A stretch of 64,000 nt of DNA from Desulfomonilia bacterium (GTDB taxonomy: Bacteria; Desulfobacterota; Desulfomonilia; UBA1062). Below, piece by piece: positions 1 to 9,762 of the stretch. Position 1 is the first letter of the stretch. Each line of letters begins with the position of its first letter. The DNA lies in assembly GCA_963664325.2 (NCBI GenBank), contig CAXXDQ010000003.1:672001-736000 (forward strand), written 5' to 3'. The position numbers were made by a program, and so were the translations under genes. The notes below the pieces were generated by a model that saw only the letters and a program-made list of their open reading frames with translations, was not told the DNA's origin and did no database searches.

Positions 1-202
1 GAGGGGCTAAAATGAAAAAACGCCGGACCCATCGTTTCTGTGGAAATACCAAATTGATGCCTTAAGCTTCCTGTTCAGGAGGGAATTTTGGGGGAAATAC
101 TAATCAATCATCATTATCTGCCGAAAAGCCAAAATATGATTAAAAACAATTGGGCTAGAGAGATTTGGGTAAAAACTGAAAAAAGAAAGGGGGAAATGGG
201 AG

Positions 203-355
203 ATGTTCAAATTAACGGGAAAAACTGAATATGGAGAAGTAATATACTTTAGATTTAACGAGATCAGGCAGATTGTGAAGGAAGCTGACCTGGTGCTCCT
301 GGATAGACCCAGAGAAGCCTTCGTGAAATTATCCACAGTCGAGGTTGTGAAATAA
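203..355 (+). CDS. small hypothetical protein (50 aa)
   Basis: ATG..TAA read manually (MFKLTGKTEYGEVIYFRFNEIRQ...), purine-rich RBS-like sequence upstream; not in the ORF track; no family recognised. Confidence 0.35.
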   Translation: MFKLTGKTEYGEVIYFRFNEIRQIVKEADLVLLDRPREAFVKLSTVEVVK

Positions 356-379
356 GGGAAATAAAAATAGAAGGTTCAT

Positions 380-559
380 ATGAAAGTAGTGGGTCAATCA
401 GTCGCTCAAACAAATAAGGCAGTCAAGAAAACCAAGAAACAAAGAGCGCATCAAAGCCTGGTTGAAAAGAATTTGAAAGATCAACTTGAAGATCTGCAAT
501 ATGTTGTGAGAATGGTGTTTATGGATATTTATTCCATGACTTCAAGAAGAAAATGGTAA
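380..559 (+). CDS. small hypothetical protein (59 aa)
   Basis: ATG..TAA read manually (MKVVGQSVAQTNKAVKK...), GAAGG upstream; no family recognised. Confidence 0.3.
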   Translation: MKVVGQSVAQTNKAVKKTKKQRAHQSLVEKNLKDQLEDLQYVVRMVFMDIYSMTSRRKW

Positions 560-731
560 GGAGTAAAATACAGTTCATGTGTATTAGTTCCGATCAAATC
601 TGACAGGTGGGTACTCTATCTTCAACTACCCCCCAATCCTTGAATCGAAAATCGTACACATTGGAATCATGAACTAGCGGTGTACGAGTTCTGAGAATAA
701 ATGAACCCGCATAAATACACGTTTTATAGAA

Positions 732-790
732 TGCCCGGGGCGGGGGTCGAACCCGCACGGCCTCAGAGGCCGAGGGATTTTAAGTCCCTT
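732..790 (-). repeat. att site: duplicated 3' 59 bp of tRNA-Leu(TAA)
   Basis: TGCCCGGGGCGGGGGTCGAACCCGCACGGCCTCAGAGGCCGAGGGATTTTAAGTCCCTT is identical to 32428-32486; the 5' part of the tRNA is absent here. Confidence 0.97.
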
Positions 791-903
791 TATTACGCTT
801 CACAGAGCTTCACGGTATTTCATTAGATTATTGACAAACCAAGTAAAAAAGCCTATCTAACCTTCATGATGTTTCACTTTAGAAACCTAACCATCATTCA
901 TAT

Positions 904-925
904 TACTGGGGCAATACTGGGGCAA
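904..925 (+). repeat. putative integrase arm-type binding sites (left end)
   Basis: Tandem TACTGGGGCAA x2; the same motif pair occurs inside the other island end at 32335-32356. Confidence 0.75.
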
Positions 926-944
926 ACTGCCGAGGGATTATTTT

Positions 945-2171
945 ATGGCTGAAAAAATTGGAACTGATTTTCCAGGTGTCCGGTACAGGGAACATAAGAC
1001 AAGAAAGCATGGCGTAATGAAAGACAGGTGTTTTTTTATTCGTCATCGTGCAAACGGTAAGTGGATTGAAGAGTCTGTCGGATGGGGCAGCAAGAACATG
1101 ACGGCAAAAAAAGCCAATGCCATACTTGCAGGACTTCAAGAAAATCACCGAACAGGGAAGGGGCCGCAAACTCTGAGAGAAATGCGCGAGATTGAAAATG
1201 CAGGCCGTGAAGCTATTCAATTAGAAAAAGCCCGCAAGGTCAAGGAAGAGATCACACTCACGGATTATTTCACAACGGTTTATTTTCCGACATCAAAACT
1301 TAGCAAGAAAAAACAGACATATGACAGAGAAGAAACCCATTTCAGATTATGGATGGAAAAGACAATCGGCAATAAACCTTTAAAAGATATTAAACCGTTT
1401 GATCTTGAACGAGTTAAAAAAAATATAATAGATTCAAAGAAATCTCCCCGAACGCTGCAATACGTCTTTGCTACATTCCGGCAGGTCTGGAACATGGCCC
1501 GACTTAGCGGGATCATCAACGGCGATTCACCTACCAGGGCAGTTAAATTAATCCGTTTCGACAACAAGAGAATACGATATTTTACCATTGATGAAGAGAT
1601 CGCATTACTGGAAGATTTAAAGAAAAGAAGCATCCAAATCTATAACATGACCCTGCTTGCCTTGCGCACCGGCATGAGGGCAAGCGAGATATTCAATCTT
1701 AAATGGGGCTGTGTGGATGTTAAGAATGGCACGATCATGATTATGGATGGCAAGGGGGACAAAAGCAGGGCTGCATTTATGACAGATGATGTTAAAGCCA
1801 TGTTTAAAAGCATGATAGCCAAGGGAAATGACGCACTTGTTTTTCCAAACCCCAAAGGTCAACCACATAAAGAAATTCCAAACTCGTTTAAAAATGCAGT
1901 TGAGACCCTTAATTTGAATGAAGACTGTTCCGATAAACGGCAGCGCATTTGTTTTCATTCCTGCCGTCATACTTTTGCCAGCAGATTAGCGGAAAGCAGC
2001 GTTGACCTGTACACCATCAAGACCCTGCTCGGACATAGCACGATAGCATTAACAGAGAGATACAGTCACTTGAGTGAGGGCTCTTTACAGCAAGCTATGA
2101 GGACGCTCGACGTGGTAAACAAAAGGCCCAAACAGGCCAAGAAAAGCAATGTAATCCCATTCAGAGGATAG
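945..2171 (+). CDS. tyrosine recombinase / phage integrase
   Basis: Catalytic motifs TGMRASE (R), FHSCRH (HxxR), LLGHS (H), TERYSH (Y); N-terminal arm-binding-like region; adjacent to att. Confidence 0.96.
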   Translation: MAEKIGTDFPGVRYREHKTRKHGVMKDRCFFIRHRANGKWIEESVGWGSKNMTAKKANAILAGLQENHRTGKGPQTLREMREIENAGREAIQLEKARKVKEEITLTDYFTTVYFPTSKLSKKKQTYDREETHFRLWMEKTIGNKPLKDIKPFDLERVKKNIIDSKKSPRTLQYVFATFRQVWNMARLSGIINGDSPTRAVKLIRFDNKRIRYFTIDEEIALLEDLKKRSIQIYNMTLLALRTGMRASEIFNLKWGCVDVKNGTIMIMDGKGDKSRAAFMTDDVKAMFKSMIAKGNDALVFPNPKGQPHKEIPNSFKNAVETLNLNEDCSDKRQRICFHSCRHTFASRLAESSVDLYTIKTLLGHSTIALTERYSHLSEGSLQQAMRTLDVVNKRPKQAKKSNVIPFRG

Positions 2172-2415
2172 GATCGCAACTGATATGACGGGACTTCCTG
2201 ACCCGCCTTTCCTCTGGACATATCATGAGTGCAAGCCGATAACACCGATACACCCTGATATTAGCCTTTTTTACGAAGATTTAGAGCATATGTCTTAATG
2301 GGTCATTAAGGTTACCTTGATAACCTCTTTTTCTTAATATTTCCTTCTTTTTGTTGCGAATATCTAGTTCCCCATGGGATGTTTTCAATATAAAAAACAC
2401 AGGAGGTGAGTCACG

Positions 2416-2634
2416 ATGAAACCTGATCTATCTGTACTAAAAGAGGCTTGGCCCCACCCTTTTGTTGCAAGGCACGATGTCAGGAAGTTTTCCAGAACTT
2501 ATGACGGCCGAACTATAGCCAATTACGATTCAAAAGGCATCGGGCCCAAGGGTCGAATCATAATCGGCCGTGAGACGTGTTACCCTGTAGAGGAGCTTAT
2601 AGAGTGGCTTGAAGCACGCAGCACAAAGGTTTAA
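2416..2634 (+). CDS. excisionase/AlpA-like HTH DNA-binding protein
   Basis: TIANYDSKGIGPKGRIIIGRETCYPVEELIEWL fits the HTH_17/Xis pattern; strong RBS AGGAGGTG; follows the integrase. Confidence 0.75.
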   Translation: MKPDLSVLKEAWPHPFVARHDVRKFSRTYDGRTIANYDSKGIGPKGRIIIGRETCYPVEELIEWLEARSTKV

Positions 2635-2760
2635 TCATGCTAGGACAAATCGCACCCCGGCCTGGGAGGGCGACACGGGGGATAAATCTGGTGAATCTGG
2701 GTGCCAAAACCTTGACATATATCAACAACAGTGTCAAGTCGCGTCGATTCAGGTGCTATA

Positions 2761-5196
2761 ATGGAAAACTTTAAAATCCCAAAATCAGCTAGGGTAGAGG
2801 TTTTAACGGCTAATATCCCTGATGAACTCAGAGACACTTCTCAGTGGATTTGTTGGAAATATGAAGACAGGGACGGAAAATTATCAAAGGTTCCTTACGA
2901 TGCCAAATCCGGAGAGCTCGCCGCTGTAAATAAACCCGGAACGTGGGCTAATTTTCAGACAGCCTTTGACTTCTATGAAAATCAACATGACATTAACGGC
3001 ATTGGGTTTGTTTTGACTGAGAATGATGAATTCACGGGAATGGACTTAGATCATTGCATAAATGACGGAAACATTGACCCTCAGGCACAAGATATTATCA
3101 AACTTCTTGATTCTTATACTGAAACCACGCCATCAGGCGAAGGCATAAGGATAATCTGTATGGGGAAGCTGCCAGAGGGTAAAAGAAGACGAGGAAATAT
3201 TGAAGCGTACGACAATGGAAGATATCTAACTATTACTGGGCAGCGTCTTCCATCCGCCTGTGATTATATTGCGGTAAGGCGACAGGAACTTAAAACCTTC
3301 CATACTAAATATCTGGCTGATTCAGAAAAGAAATCTGAAACAAGACCCAAGAGTAAGACAAATTCACTTGAGGATGATGAGATTATCCGACACGCCGGAA
3401 ATGCTGCTAACGGAGACAAATTCCATCGCTTAATGTCAGGCGATACCAGTGGATATTCCTCTCAATCCGAGGCAGACGCTGCCTTGTGTATGATGCTGGC
3501 CTTCTGGTGCGGAAAGGATGCCGAGCAAATTGACCGTATTTTCAAAACATCAGGTCTGTATAGACCGAAGTGGGAGGAGCTTCATGGCCGTGCTACTTAC
3601 GGGCAGATTACTATTGAGAATGCTATTATTAGAGGCGCAGATAGTTATCAGAATGCAAAAAAGGGCGCAGATACAACAGGCAATACCCCCCTTAATTCGC
3701 AGTCTGACAAAAATATTTTTAAAATAAATGAGTGGCCTGTCCCAGTCCCGCTGCCAGACAGCCTGCCACCTGTAAAGACGCTAATCCCTGAGATGTTGCC
3801 GGAACCTTTCAGGCCGTGGATTATGGATATTGCCGAGCGAATGCAATGCCCCGTGGACTACGTTGCAGCAGCCGCCATTGTCGTCGCGGGCTCATTGATC
3901 GGGTCTGCGTGTTGTATTTATCCAAAAGAAAAAGATGACTGGCATGAGTTCCCAAACCTTTGGGGCGCTATAATTGGTAGACCTTCCCTCCTGAAAACGC
4001 CAGCAATGACTGAGGCAACTAAACCGTTGCGACAACTGGCAGCTGAGGCATCTAACGCTTACCAGGATAACCTCGTAAAGTACGATCAGGAAAAAATCAT
4101 TCACAAGGCAAAGCGGGATGTCCTCGATGGCGATCTAAAAAAGGCAATCAAGACGGGCGGCGACCTGCAAGCACTTATTAACGGAATCGGTGAATTAACC
4201 GTACCTGTCGAAAAGCGGTTTATGACCCAGGATGGCACAACAGAGAAAATCGGCGAAATACTTTTAGGGAACCCGCGAGGAATCCTTGCTTACCGCGATG
4301 AGATTGTCGGCCTGCTGCATTCTCTGGATAAGCAGGGACGCGAGGGCGATAGGGCTTTCTACCTTGAGGCTTGGAATGCAAAAGGTGGTTTTTCATATGA
4401 CCGTATAGGCCGGGGCACTCTGCATATTGAAATGCTTATACTATCAGTCTTTGGGGCCATAACACCTGGGGCACTGTCTGAGTACGTTTCAGGAGCCATA
4501 AAAGAAGGATGTAGTGACGACGGCCTGATGCAACGGTTCCAGGTTGCGGTTTATCCGGACCCTTCACCCGAATGGGAAAACGTTGATAGACACCCGGACC
4601 TAGAAGCAAAAAATCGGGCCTATGAAATTTTCAAAATACTTTCCGAAGATGAGATTTACAGCAACCTGAAAGGTGATCCCCCTGGCTTGCGTTTTGATGC
4701 AGAAGCTCAGGCTATTTTTAAAGAATGGAGGGCGGAACTGGAGACCCGACTCCGAAAGGGTGATCTTGCCTCTGTAATGGAATCGCATGTTGCCAAGTAT
4801 AGAAAACTCGTACCCTGCCTTGCACTGATATTTCATCTGATCGAGGTTGCAGACGGGACAGCAGAAGGCGATGTATCAGCGCGATCTTTTATTAAGGCGG
4901 CCGCTTGGGGTGAATACTTGGAAAGTCACGCTGTTCGCATTTACGACGCGGCCATTTCTTTCGGCATGCAGGCGGCGAAGGAATTGCTGCGGCACATTCA
5001 GACGGGAGAGATCAAAGATGGGGCAACACCACGGGACATCTATCAACATCACTGGACGAAATTGACAAGCCCGGAAGAGGTGATGCCCGCTCTTGAGATT
5101 CTGCAAGAATACGATTGGATCCGTTTAATAAAGATCGAAACCGGCGGCAGACCTTCCCAGATCATTAGGGTAACCCCTAAAGGGAAAAAACTTTGA
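2761..5196 (+). CDS. NrS-1-type primase-polymerase (AEP) + helix bundle + DUF3987 (YfjI-like) P-loop domain; replication protein
   Basis: NIPDELR..QWICWK..KVPY, GMDLDHC, ETTPSGEGIRI (AEP); SQSEADAALCMMLAFW..IDRIF..SGLYRPKW (helix bundle); PNLWGAIIGRPSLLKTP, AYRDE, DGLMQRF (DUF3987). Start placed at ATG 2761. Confidence 0.85.
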   Translation: MENFKIPKSARVEVLTANIPDELRDTSQWICWKYEDRDGKLSKVPYDAKSGELAAVNKPGTWANFQTAFDFYENQHDINGIGFVLTENDEFTGMDLDHCINDGNIDPQAQDIIKLLDSYTETTPSGEGIRIICMGKLPEGKRRRGNIEAYDNGRYLTITGQRLPSACDYIAVRRQELKTFHTKYLADSEKKSETRPKSKTNSLEDDEIIRHAGNAANGDKFHRLMSGDTSGYSSQSEADAALCMMLAFWCGKDAEQIDRIFKTSGLYRPKWEELHGRATYGQITIENAIIRGADSYQNAKKGADTTGNTPLNSQSDKNIFKINEWPVPVPLPDSLPPVKTLIPEMLPEPFRPWIMDIAERMQCPVDYVAAAAIVVAGSLIGSACCIYPKEKDDWHEFPNLWGAIIGRPSLLKTPAMTEATKPLRQLAAEASNAYQDNLVKYDQEKIIHKAKRDVLDGDLKKAIKTGGDLQALINGIGELTVPVEKRFMTQDGTTEKIGEILLGNPRGILAYRDEIVGLLHSLDKQGREGDRAFYLEAWNAKGGFSYDRIGRGTLHIEMLILSVFGAITPGALSEYVSGAIKEGCSDDGLMQRFQVAVYPDPSPEWENVDRHPDLEAKNRAYEIFKILSEDEIYSNLKGDPPGLRFDAEAQAIFKEWRAELETRLRKGDLASVMESHVAKYRKLVPCLALIFHLIEVADGTAEGDVSARSFIKAAAWGEYLESHAVRIYDAAISFGMQAAKELLRHIQTGEIKDGATPRDIYQHHWTKLTSPEEVMPALEILQEYDWIRLIKIETGGRPSQIIRVTPKGKKL

Positions 5197-5214
5197 AGCC
5201 CTATCAAAACGAGA

Positions 5215-5511
5215 TATCAAAAGTGGCAAAAGCCTCTTCTTTAACCTTTTGTTACTTTTGCCACTGCCATCCTAAAGGGATGAAAGACTTTTATCGCTCC
5301 ATACACAGCCTAGAGAAAAAGATTTTTATACCTATAACCCCAAGTATCAAAAGTGGCAAAAGCCCTCTTTTTTACATTGCAGGGGGATCACATGGGTAAA
5401 TGGATGGATATGCTTAAGACAGATAATATTTCTGCGCCTGCTAAGGAATGGGTTGCAAAAGTGGCAAAAGGTATCCACCCCTTACCTGATCCATTATCAA
5501 AAGTCTGGCAA
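5215..5511. repeat. iteron-like repeats, putative replication origin
   Basis: TATCAAAAGTGGCAAAAGCC at 5215-5234 and 5345-5364, inverted variant at 5245-5264, variants at 5453-5471 and 5495-5511, directly after the primase gene. Confidence 0.65.
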
Positions 5512-5952
5512 CTTCATGTTGTCAGGGTATTGAAAGAGGTCTGGCCTCGGTACACGCCCCTTTCATTCATAGCAGAGCAGCTTCATGTAACCGAAGGGCA
5601 GATCAGGCCTCTGGTGTCCCTATTGCTTACAAATAGAATCATCATGCAGTTGGGTGAAGGCTATCGGGTCAGTGATTACATTCAAGGCAATACCCGCAAG
5701 AGGCTGGTCCAGCTCGAAGACCTGACGGAATTGCAGCAAGAGCGTTTGGCCATCATGCGTCAGGATGGCATAGTCGCAGAGCATGAGGCGCTTGAAATAG
5801 TTGCAAACTCAATAACAGCGCAAAATATTCTGTCTGAATTTCCCGGCTCATTCGTTGCAAGGATGACAGCAGACCCGGGGACACAAGGAGAGAACCTAAA
5901 TAAAAAAGGAGTAAAAAATGTTGATAGCAGATTTGGAAAAGAACGCAGTTGA
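5392..5952 (+). CDS. winged-HTH-containing hypothetical protein
   Basis: PLSFIAEQLHVTEGQIRPLVSLL is HTH-like; ERLAIMRQDG motif; RBS AGGGGG before ATG 5392. Confidence 0.6.
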   Translation: MGKWMDMLKTDNISAPAKEWVAKVAKGIHPLPDPLSKVWQLHVVRVLKEVWPRYTPLSFIAEQLHVTEGQIRPLVSLLLTNRIIMQLGEGYRVSDYIQGNTRKRLVQLEDLTELQQERLAIMRQDGIVAEHEALEIVANSITAQNILSEFPGSFVARMTADPGTQGENLNKKGVKNVDSRFGKERS

Positions 5953-6148
5953 AGTTATCAGGGTAAGTCTTGCAGAATTTCACAACCACAGGTTTGTTGA
6001 TTGCCGTGTGTATTACCAGGACGATCAAGGCGAGTGGAAGCCGACCAAAAAAGGCATCGCCCTGAACGAGGGCACTATTGACGGCGTGATAAAGGCCCTG
6101 GAAGAAGGGCGTGTGCAACTTCAATCGGATGAAGGTCCACAGTTATAG
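5918..6148 (+). CDS. PC4/YdbC-family ssDNA-binding protein
   Basis: IRVSLAEFHNHRFVDCRVYY..GEWKPTKKGIAL is the PC4 signature. Confidence 0.85.
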   Translation: MLIADLEKNAVEVIRVSLAEFHNHRFVDCRVYYQDDQGEWKPTKKGIALNEGTIDGVIKALEEGRVQLQSDEGPQL

Positions 6149-6399
6149 GCCGGACACAGTTCCGGTGAAATGAAGGTATCAAGGTGTCGGCTAACTGAAA
6201 GCGGTATGAGGAGCGTATGCCACGGCCAGCCTGTGCTTACCTGGGCAGGCTTATACCGGGGATGTTTTCAATGCCTTTTATTATATTATTATATTAACAA
6301 TTTTGAATACTAATATTTTATTATTATATAAGCAGATTCCTAATCTCGCAGGAACCTGGGATATTTGACATCCTGCCGGAATAGTAGCATTTAAAAAGC

Positions 6400-6873
6400 A
6401 TGAAAACAGCAACGACGACAGAACCCAAAAGAAAGATAAGCAAGACGAGACTTGATTGTATGCTGCGAAGACGTAAAATAATCGAGGCATGTCTTGAAGG
6501 AAAACCCTTGAAAGAAACCGCTATTGCAGTGGGTTTATCGCCACGGTCAGCGGGAACACAGGTATCTCAAATATTAAAAGAACCGAAAGTTCAGCAGTAT
6601 TTTGCCGAAATATTGGAGACAGAGGGGCTATCTGATAAAATATTGGCAGAAAAGCTCCAATATCTATTGAATGCTCGCAATATCATCTATTTTCAGCACA
6701 AAGGACGTGTTACTGATGAAAGGGATGTTCCGGCTCACGAAACACAACGCAAGACCCTGGAACTGATCGCCCGGCTGAAAGGCCACCTGAAAGAAGCTGA
6801 TCGGGGTAGCGTAGATGTCCAGGTCAACCTCATGGGCCTTGTTGTCCAGGCACTAAAGCAGGATCAGGACTGA
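6400..6873 (+). CDS. terminase small subunit-like protein
   Basis: ETAIAVGLSPRSAGTQVSQILKEPKVQQY and RKTLELIARLKG resemble the TerS HTH and oligomerisation helices. Confidence 0.6.
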   Translation: MKTATTTEPKRKISKTRLDCMLRRRKIIEACLEGKPLKETAIAVGLSPRSAGTQVSQILKEPKVQQYFAEILETEGLSDKILAEKLQYLLNARNIIYFQHKGRVTDERDVPAHETQRKTLELIARLKGHLKEADRGSVDVQVNLMGLVVQALKQDQD

Positions 6874-7248
6874 TTCTATAAATATGATGAGAGAAACTCG
6901 AATTGTTACGGAGTAGTAACAATTCAAAGCTAGGGTCATGCTCTGATATGTGTTTTCAAACAAAGTTCTCTCTAGGGTGCTTTAAGCTCATTCTGAGGTC
7001 TATTTCAGGGCTTTCTGTTCATGTCTGATGAGTGCTTGCTTGCAGTGTGGTATGAATGATTGATGACAGTTAGCCACATCAATGGAATCTCTCATACCCC
7101 CCCCGTGGTAGTTGGAATACCCGAAAAACCGGCACTGCCCATTCAAGGAAAACCTATCAATGGGTACGCTACAGGTAGCGCATGCACCTTGTTTTAACAC
7201 CATGATAATATTTACATCTTGTAATTACAATAGGTTACAGCGTTAAAA

Positions 7249-7276
7249 TGTCCCGATAACGGTTATTATGTTAAGA
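7249..7276 (+). other. dif-like XerC/D recombination site
   Basis: TGTCCCGATAA-CGGTTA-TTATGTTAAGA: 11-6-11 layout with a near-canonical XerD arm (TTATGTTAA). Confidence 0.7.
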
Positions 7277-8083
7277 ATGACCATTCAGATATTGACCTGG
7301 TACATTCTATTTATGGGCTAGGTCATTATCGACTAATGCCATCTGCCTTCCCCTCTTGCCCTTTTTACATGCCCGCGGTTTGAATGCAAAAGGCAACCCT
7401 CTGATGCCACGGTTCGGGAGCCGGGGGGGGGTATGCGGGCCACAGACCTGCCCTTTCAATATTAACAAGACAGCCTCAGACTGCGATTCTATTTTTAAAA
7501 ATTCCGAAAATGAAGGCGGGAGATTTAATTTGGATCAATAGACTACTTGTTAAGGTCTCCGGTTGATACCTTCAAAACAAGCCTATTAGAGATTTCCTCA
7601 AGATATAGAAACTTTTTAAATAGACGTTTCACCAGGGCAATCATATAACAAAACCATCTTCCTGCCTCAAATCTCCTTGGATAGTATACTAAAGGATACC
7701 TATGGGCTGTTATGCTTGAAAATGGACCATCTTCGCACATATAAGACCCCCTGTTATTTTTAGTTCAACAGGACCCTGGAGTTACATCTATATCTTAACG
7801 TCAATGGAATTTATCATCATCTGGAAAACCTCTCTCGATGATGCTCTTCAGTCAGGCAAAGTGTACAGCAATCCCCCGTTGTTGTTGGGAAAATCGTCTT
7901 TGTGTGGGATTTCAGGTGCCGTTTCAGGCTTCATCGGGATAGTATACTTTAGGATAATAGACAGGTTATTTATTTAAGGAATATAATATAAATAAGAAAT
8001 TTTTATTACTTTTCCTGATAGCCAACAGGACATTCAACCATGAAATCGGAAATTCAATACCATTACTAATAGAGGAGGATACA

Positions 8084-9646
8084 ATGAAGAGGGCGTTATC
8101 AATTCTTATCGTATTTATACTCACAGCTATGCTGATTGGTTGTATCAAGGTTGTCAATACAAACCCTGCGGATGGGTCTACTGGAGTAGCAAAAGATACC
8201 AATATAAAGGTAACCTTTGACAATGAAGCCAAATCGTCCTCTGTGAATACCAGTACATTCATTGTCAAGGACAGTCTTAACAACCTTGTGGAGGGAACTG
8301 TATCATACTCTAAAAAGGTAGCAACCTTTACTCCGAAGAATAAATTGGCCCTACTCAGGGGCTTCACTGCGACCATAACAACTGGAGTTATGAACATATT
8401 CAACATTCACATGAAAGCTGAGTATATATTTAGCTTTACAACAGGTGATGGGGATTGGAACGCAGCAGAAATCATTGAGTCTGGTGGGTCATATCCTCAA
8501 ATTGCATTTGATGCTTCTGGAAATGCTATCGCTGTTTGGCAAAAGCCTGGTGGAAGCATACTATCCAAGAGGTATACAAAGGTAAGTGGTTGGGGCACCT
8601 CAGAAGTAATTGGAACTGATGGAGGAGTTAATCCACAACTTGCAATTAACGCTGCCGGAAATGCAGTTGTGGTATGGAGGCAGTCCGGAACAATAGATAA
8701 TATTTGGGCAAACGTGTTTACACCCAGTAGCGGTTGGGCCGAAGCACAGCTTATCGAGTCAAACAGTGGTAATGCTGATGCACCTCAGATAGCCATTGGT
8801 GCATCTGGTGAAGCAATCGCCGTATGGCAGCAGGATGACGGAATATATTACAGCATCTACTCTAATAAATATTCACCAGGAATTGGCTGGGGGACTACCC
8901 AACTTATCGAATCAAACAGTGGTACTGCCAATCATCCACGGATAGCTATGGCACCTAATGGAAATGCAATTGCTGTATGGTATCAGTGGGACGGTGCACG
9001 GTGGAGCATATATGCTAACCAGTATTATGGAAGTGGCTGGGGGGCTCCACAACTCATCGAGATAGACAATACCGGAAGTGCAGGGTACCCTGAGATTGCA
9101 ATCGACTCTGCTGGAAATGCAATTGCTGTATGGCAACAATGGGATGGAATAAGGTTTAGCATTTATGCCAACCGATACATACCTGACAGTGGCTGGGGCA
9201 TGTCACAACTTATTGAGACAAACAACGATGGGGATGTCAATAATGTTCAAATAGCCTTTGATTCTACCGGGTGTGCCATTGCGGTCTGGCAGCTTTTTTA
9301 CGGTACCTTTGCTAACATCTGGGCCAATCGATTTGTACCAGGTATCGGTTGGGGAACTGCTCAACTCATAGACACATACAATGATGGCATGGCCGATTAT
9401 CCTCAACTAGCCATTGATCCTTCCGGAAACGCAATTGTAGTTTGGGAAAAGGACAATGGAACAAGATATAATATCATAGCCAATAGATACATTCCAAGTA
9501 TCGGGTGGTCGGCTCCCAGCATTATTAATACTGATGTTGGTAATGCAAGGCACCCTCAGATCGCTGTAGATCATGATGGGAATGCGATAGCAGTGTGGGA
9601 CCAGGTTGGAGCTCAGATTAATGTCTGGGCCAAACGCCTTGAATAG
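8084..9646 (+). CDS. lipoprotein, Ig-like (Big_5) domain + repeated beta-propeller-like module
   Basis: Lipobox LIGC; TNPADGSTGV..IKVTF (Big_5); repeated PQIAID.SGNAIAVWQQ units. Confidence 0.85.
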   Translation: MKRALSILIVFILTAMLIGCIKVVNTNPADGSTGVAKDTNIKVTFDNEAKSSSVNTSTFIVKDSLNNLVEGTVSYSKKVATFTPKNKLALLRGFTATITTGVMNIFNIHMKAEYIFSFTTGDGDWNAAEIIESGGSYPQIAFDASGNAIAVWQKPGGSILSKRYTKVSGWGTSEVIGTDGGVNPQLAINAAGNAVVVWRQSGTIDNIWANVFTPSSGWAEAQLIESNSGNADAPQIAIGASGEAIAVWQQDDGIYYSIYSNKYSPGIGWGTTQLIESNSGTANHPRIAMAPNGNAIAVWYQWDGARWSIYANQYYGSGWGAPQLIEIDNTGSAGYPEIAIDSAGNAIAVWQQWDGIRFSIYANRYIPDSGWGMSQLIETNNDGDVNNVQIAFDSTGCAIAVWQLFYGTFANIWANRFVPGIGWGTAQLIDTYNDGMADYPQLAIDPSGNAIVVWEKDNGTRYNIIANRYIPSIGWSAPSIINTDVGNARHPQIAVDHDGNAIAVWDQVGAQINVWAKRLE

Positions 9647-9762
9647 GCTCTGGCATGTTTGGAACAATTTAGATCTAAAGAGTGTTGTACATGTAGGAGC
9701 TACTTTGATCTAAAGTGGCTCCTAACATTCAATATCAGACAAAATTATTGGGAGGGGGTATC

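Noticed and set aside
732-790. Second tRNA-Leu gene
   Set aside because: Lacks the 5' acceptor strand and D arm; it is the att duplication
5193-5399. 68-aa ORF after the primase
   Set aside because: Runs through the iteron repeats and its repeated KVAK/KSGK peptides derive from them; probably non-coding
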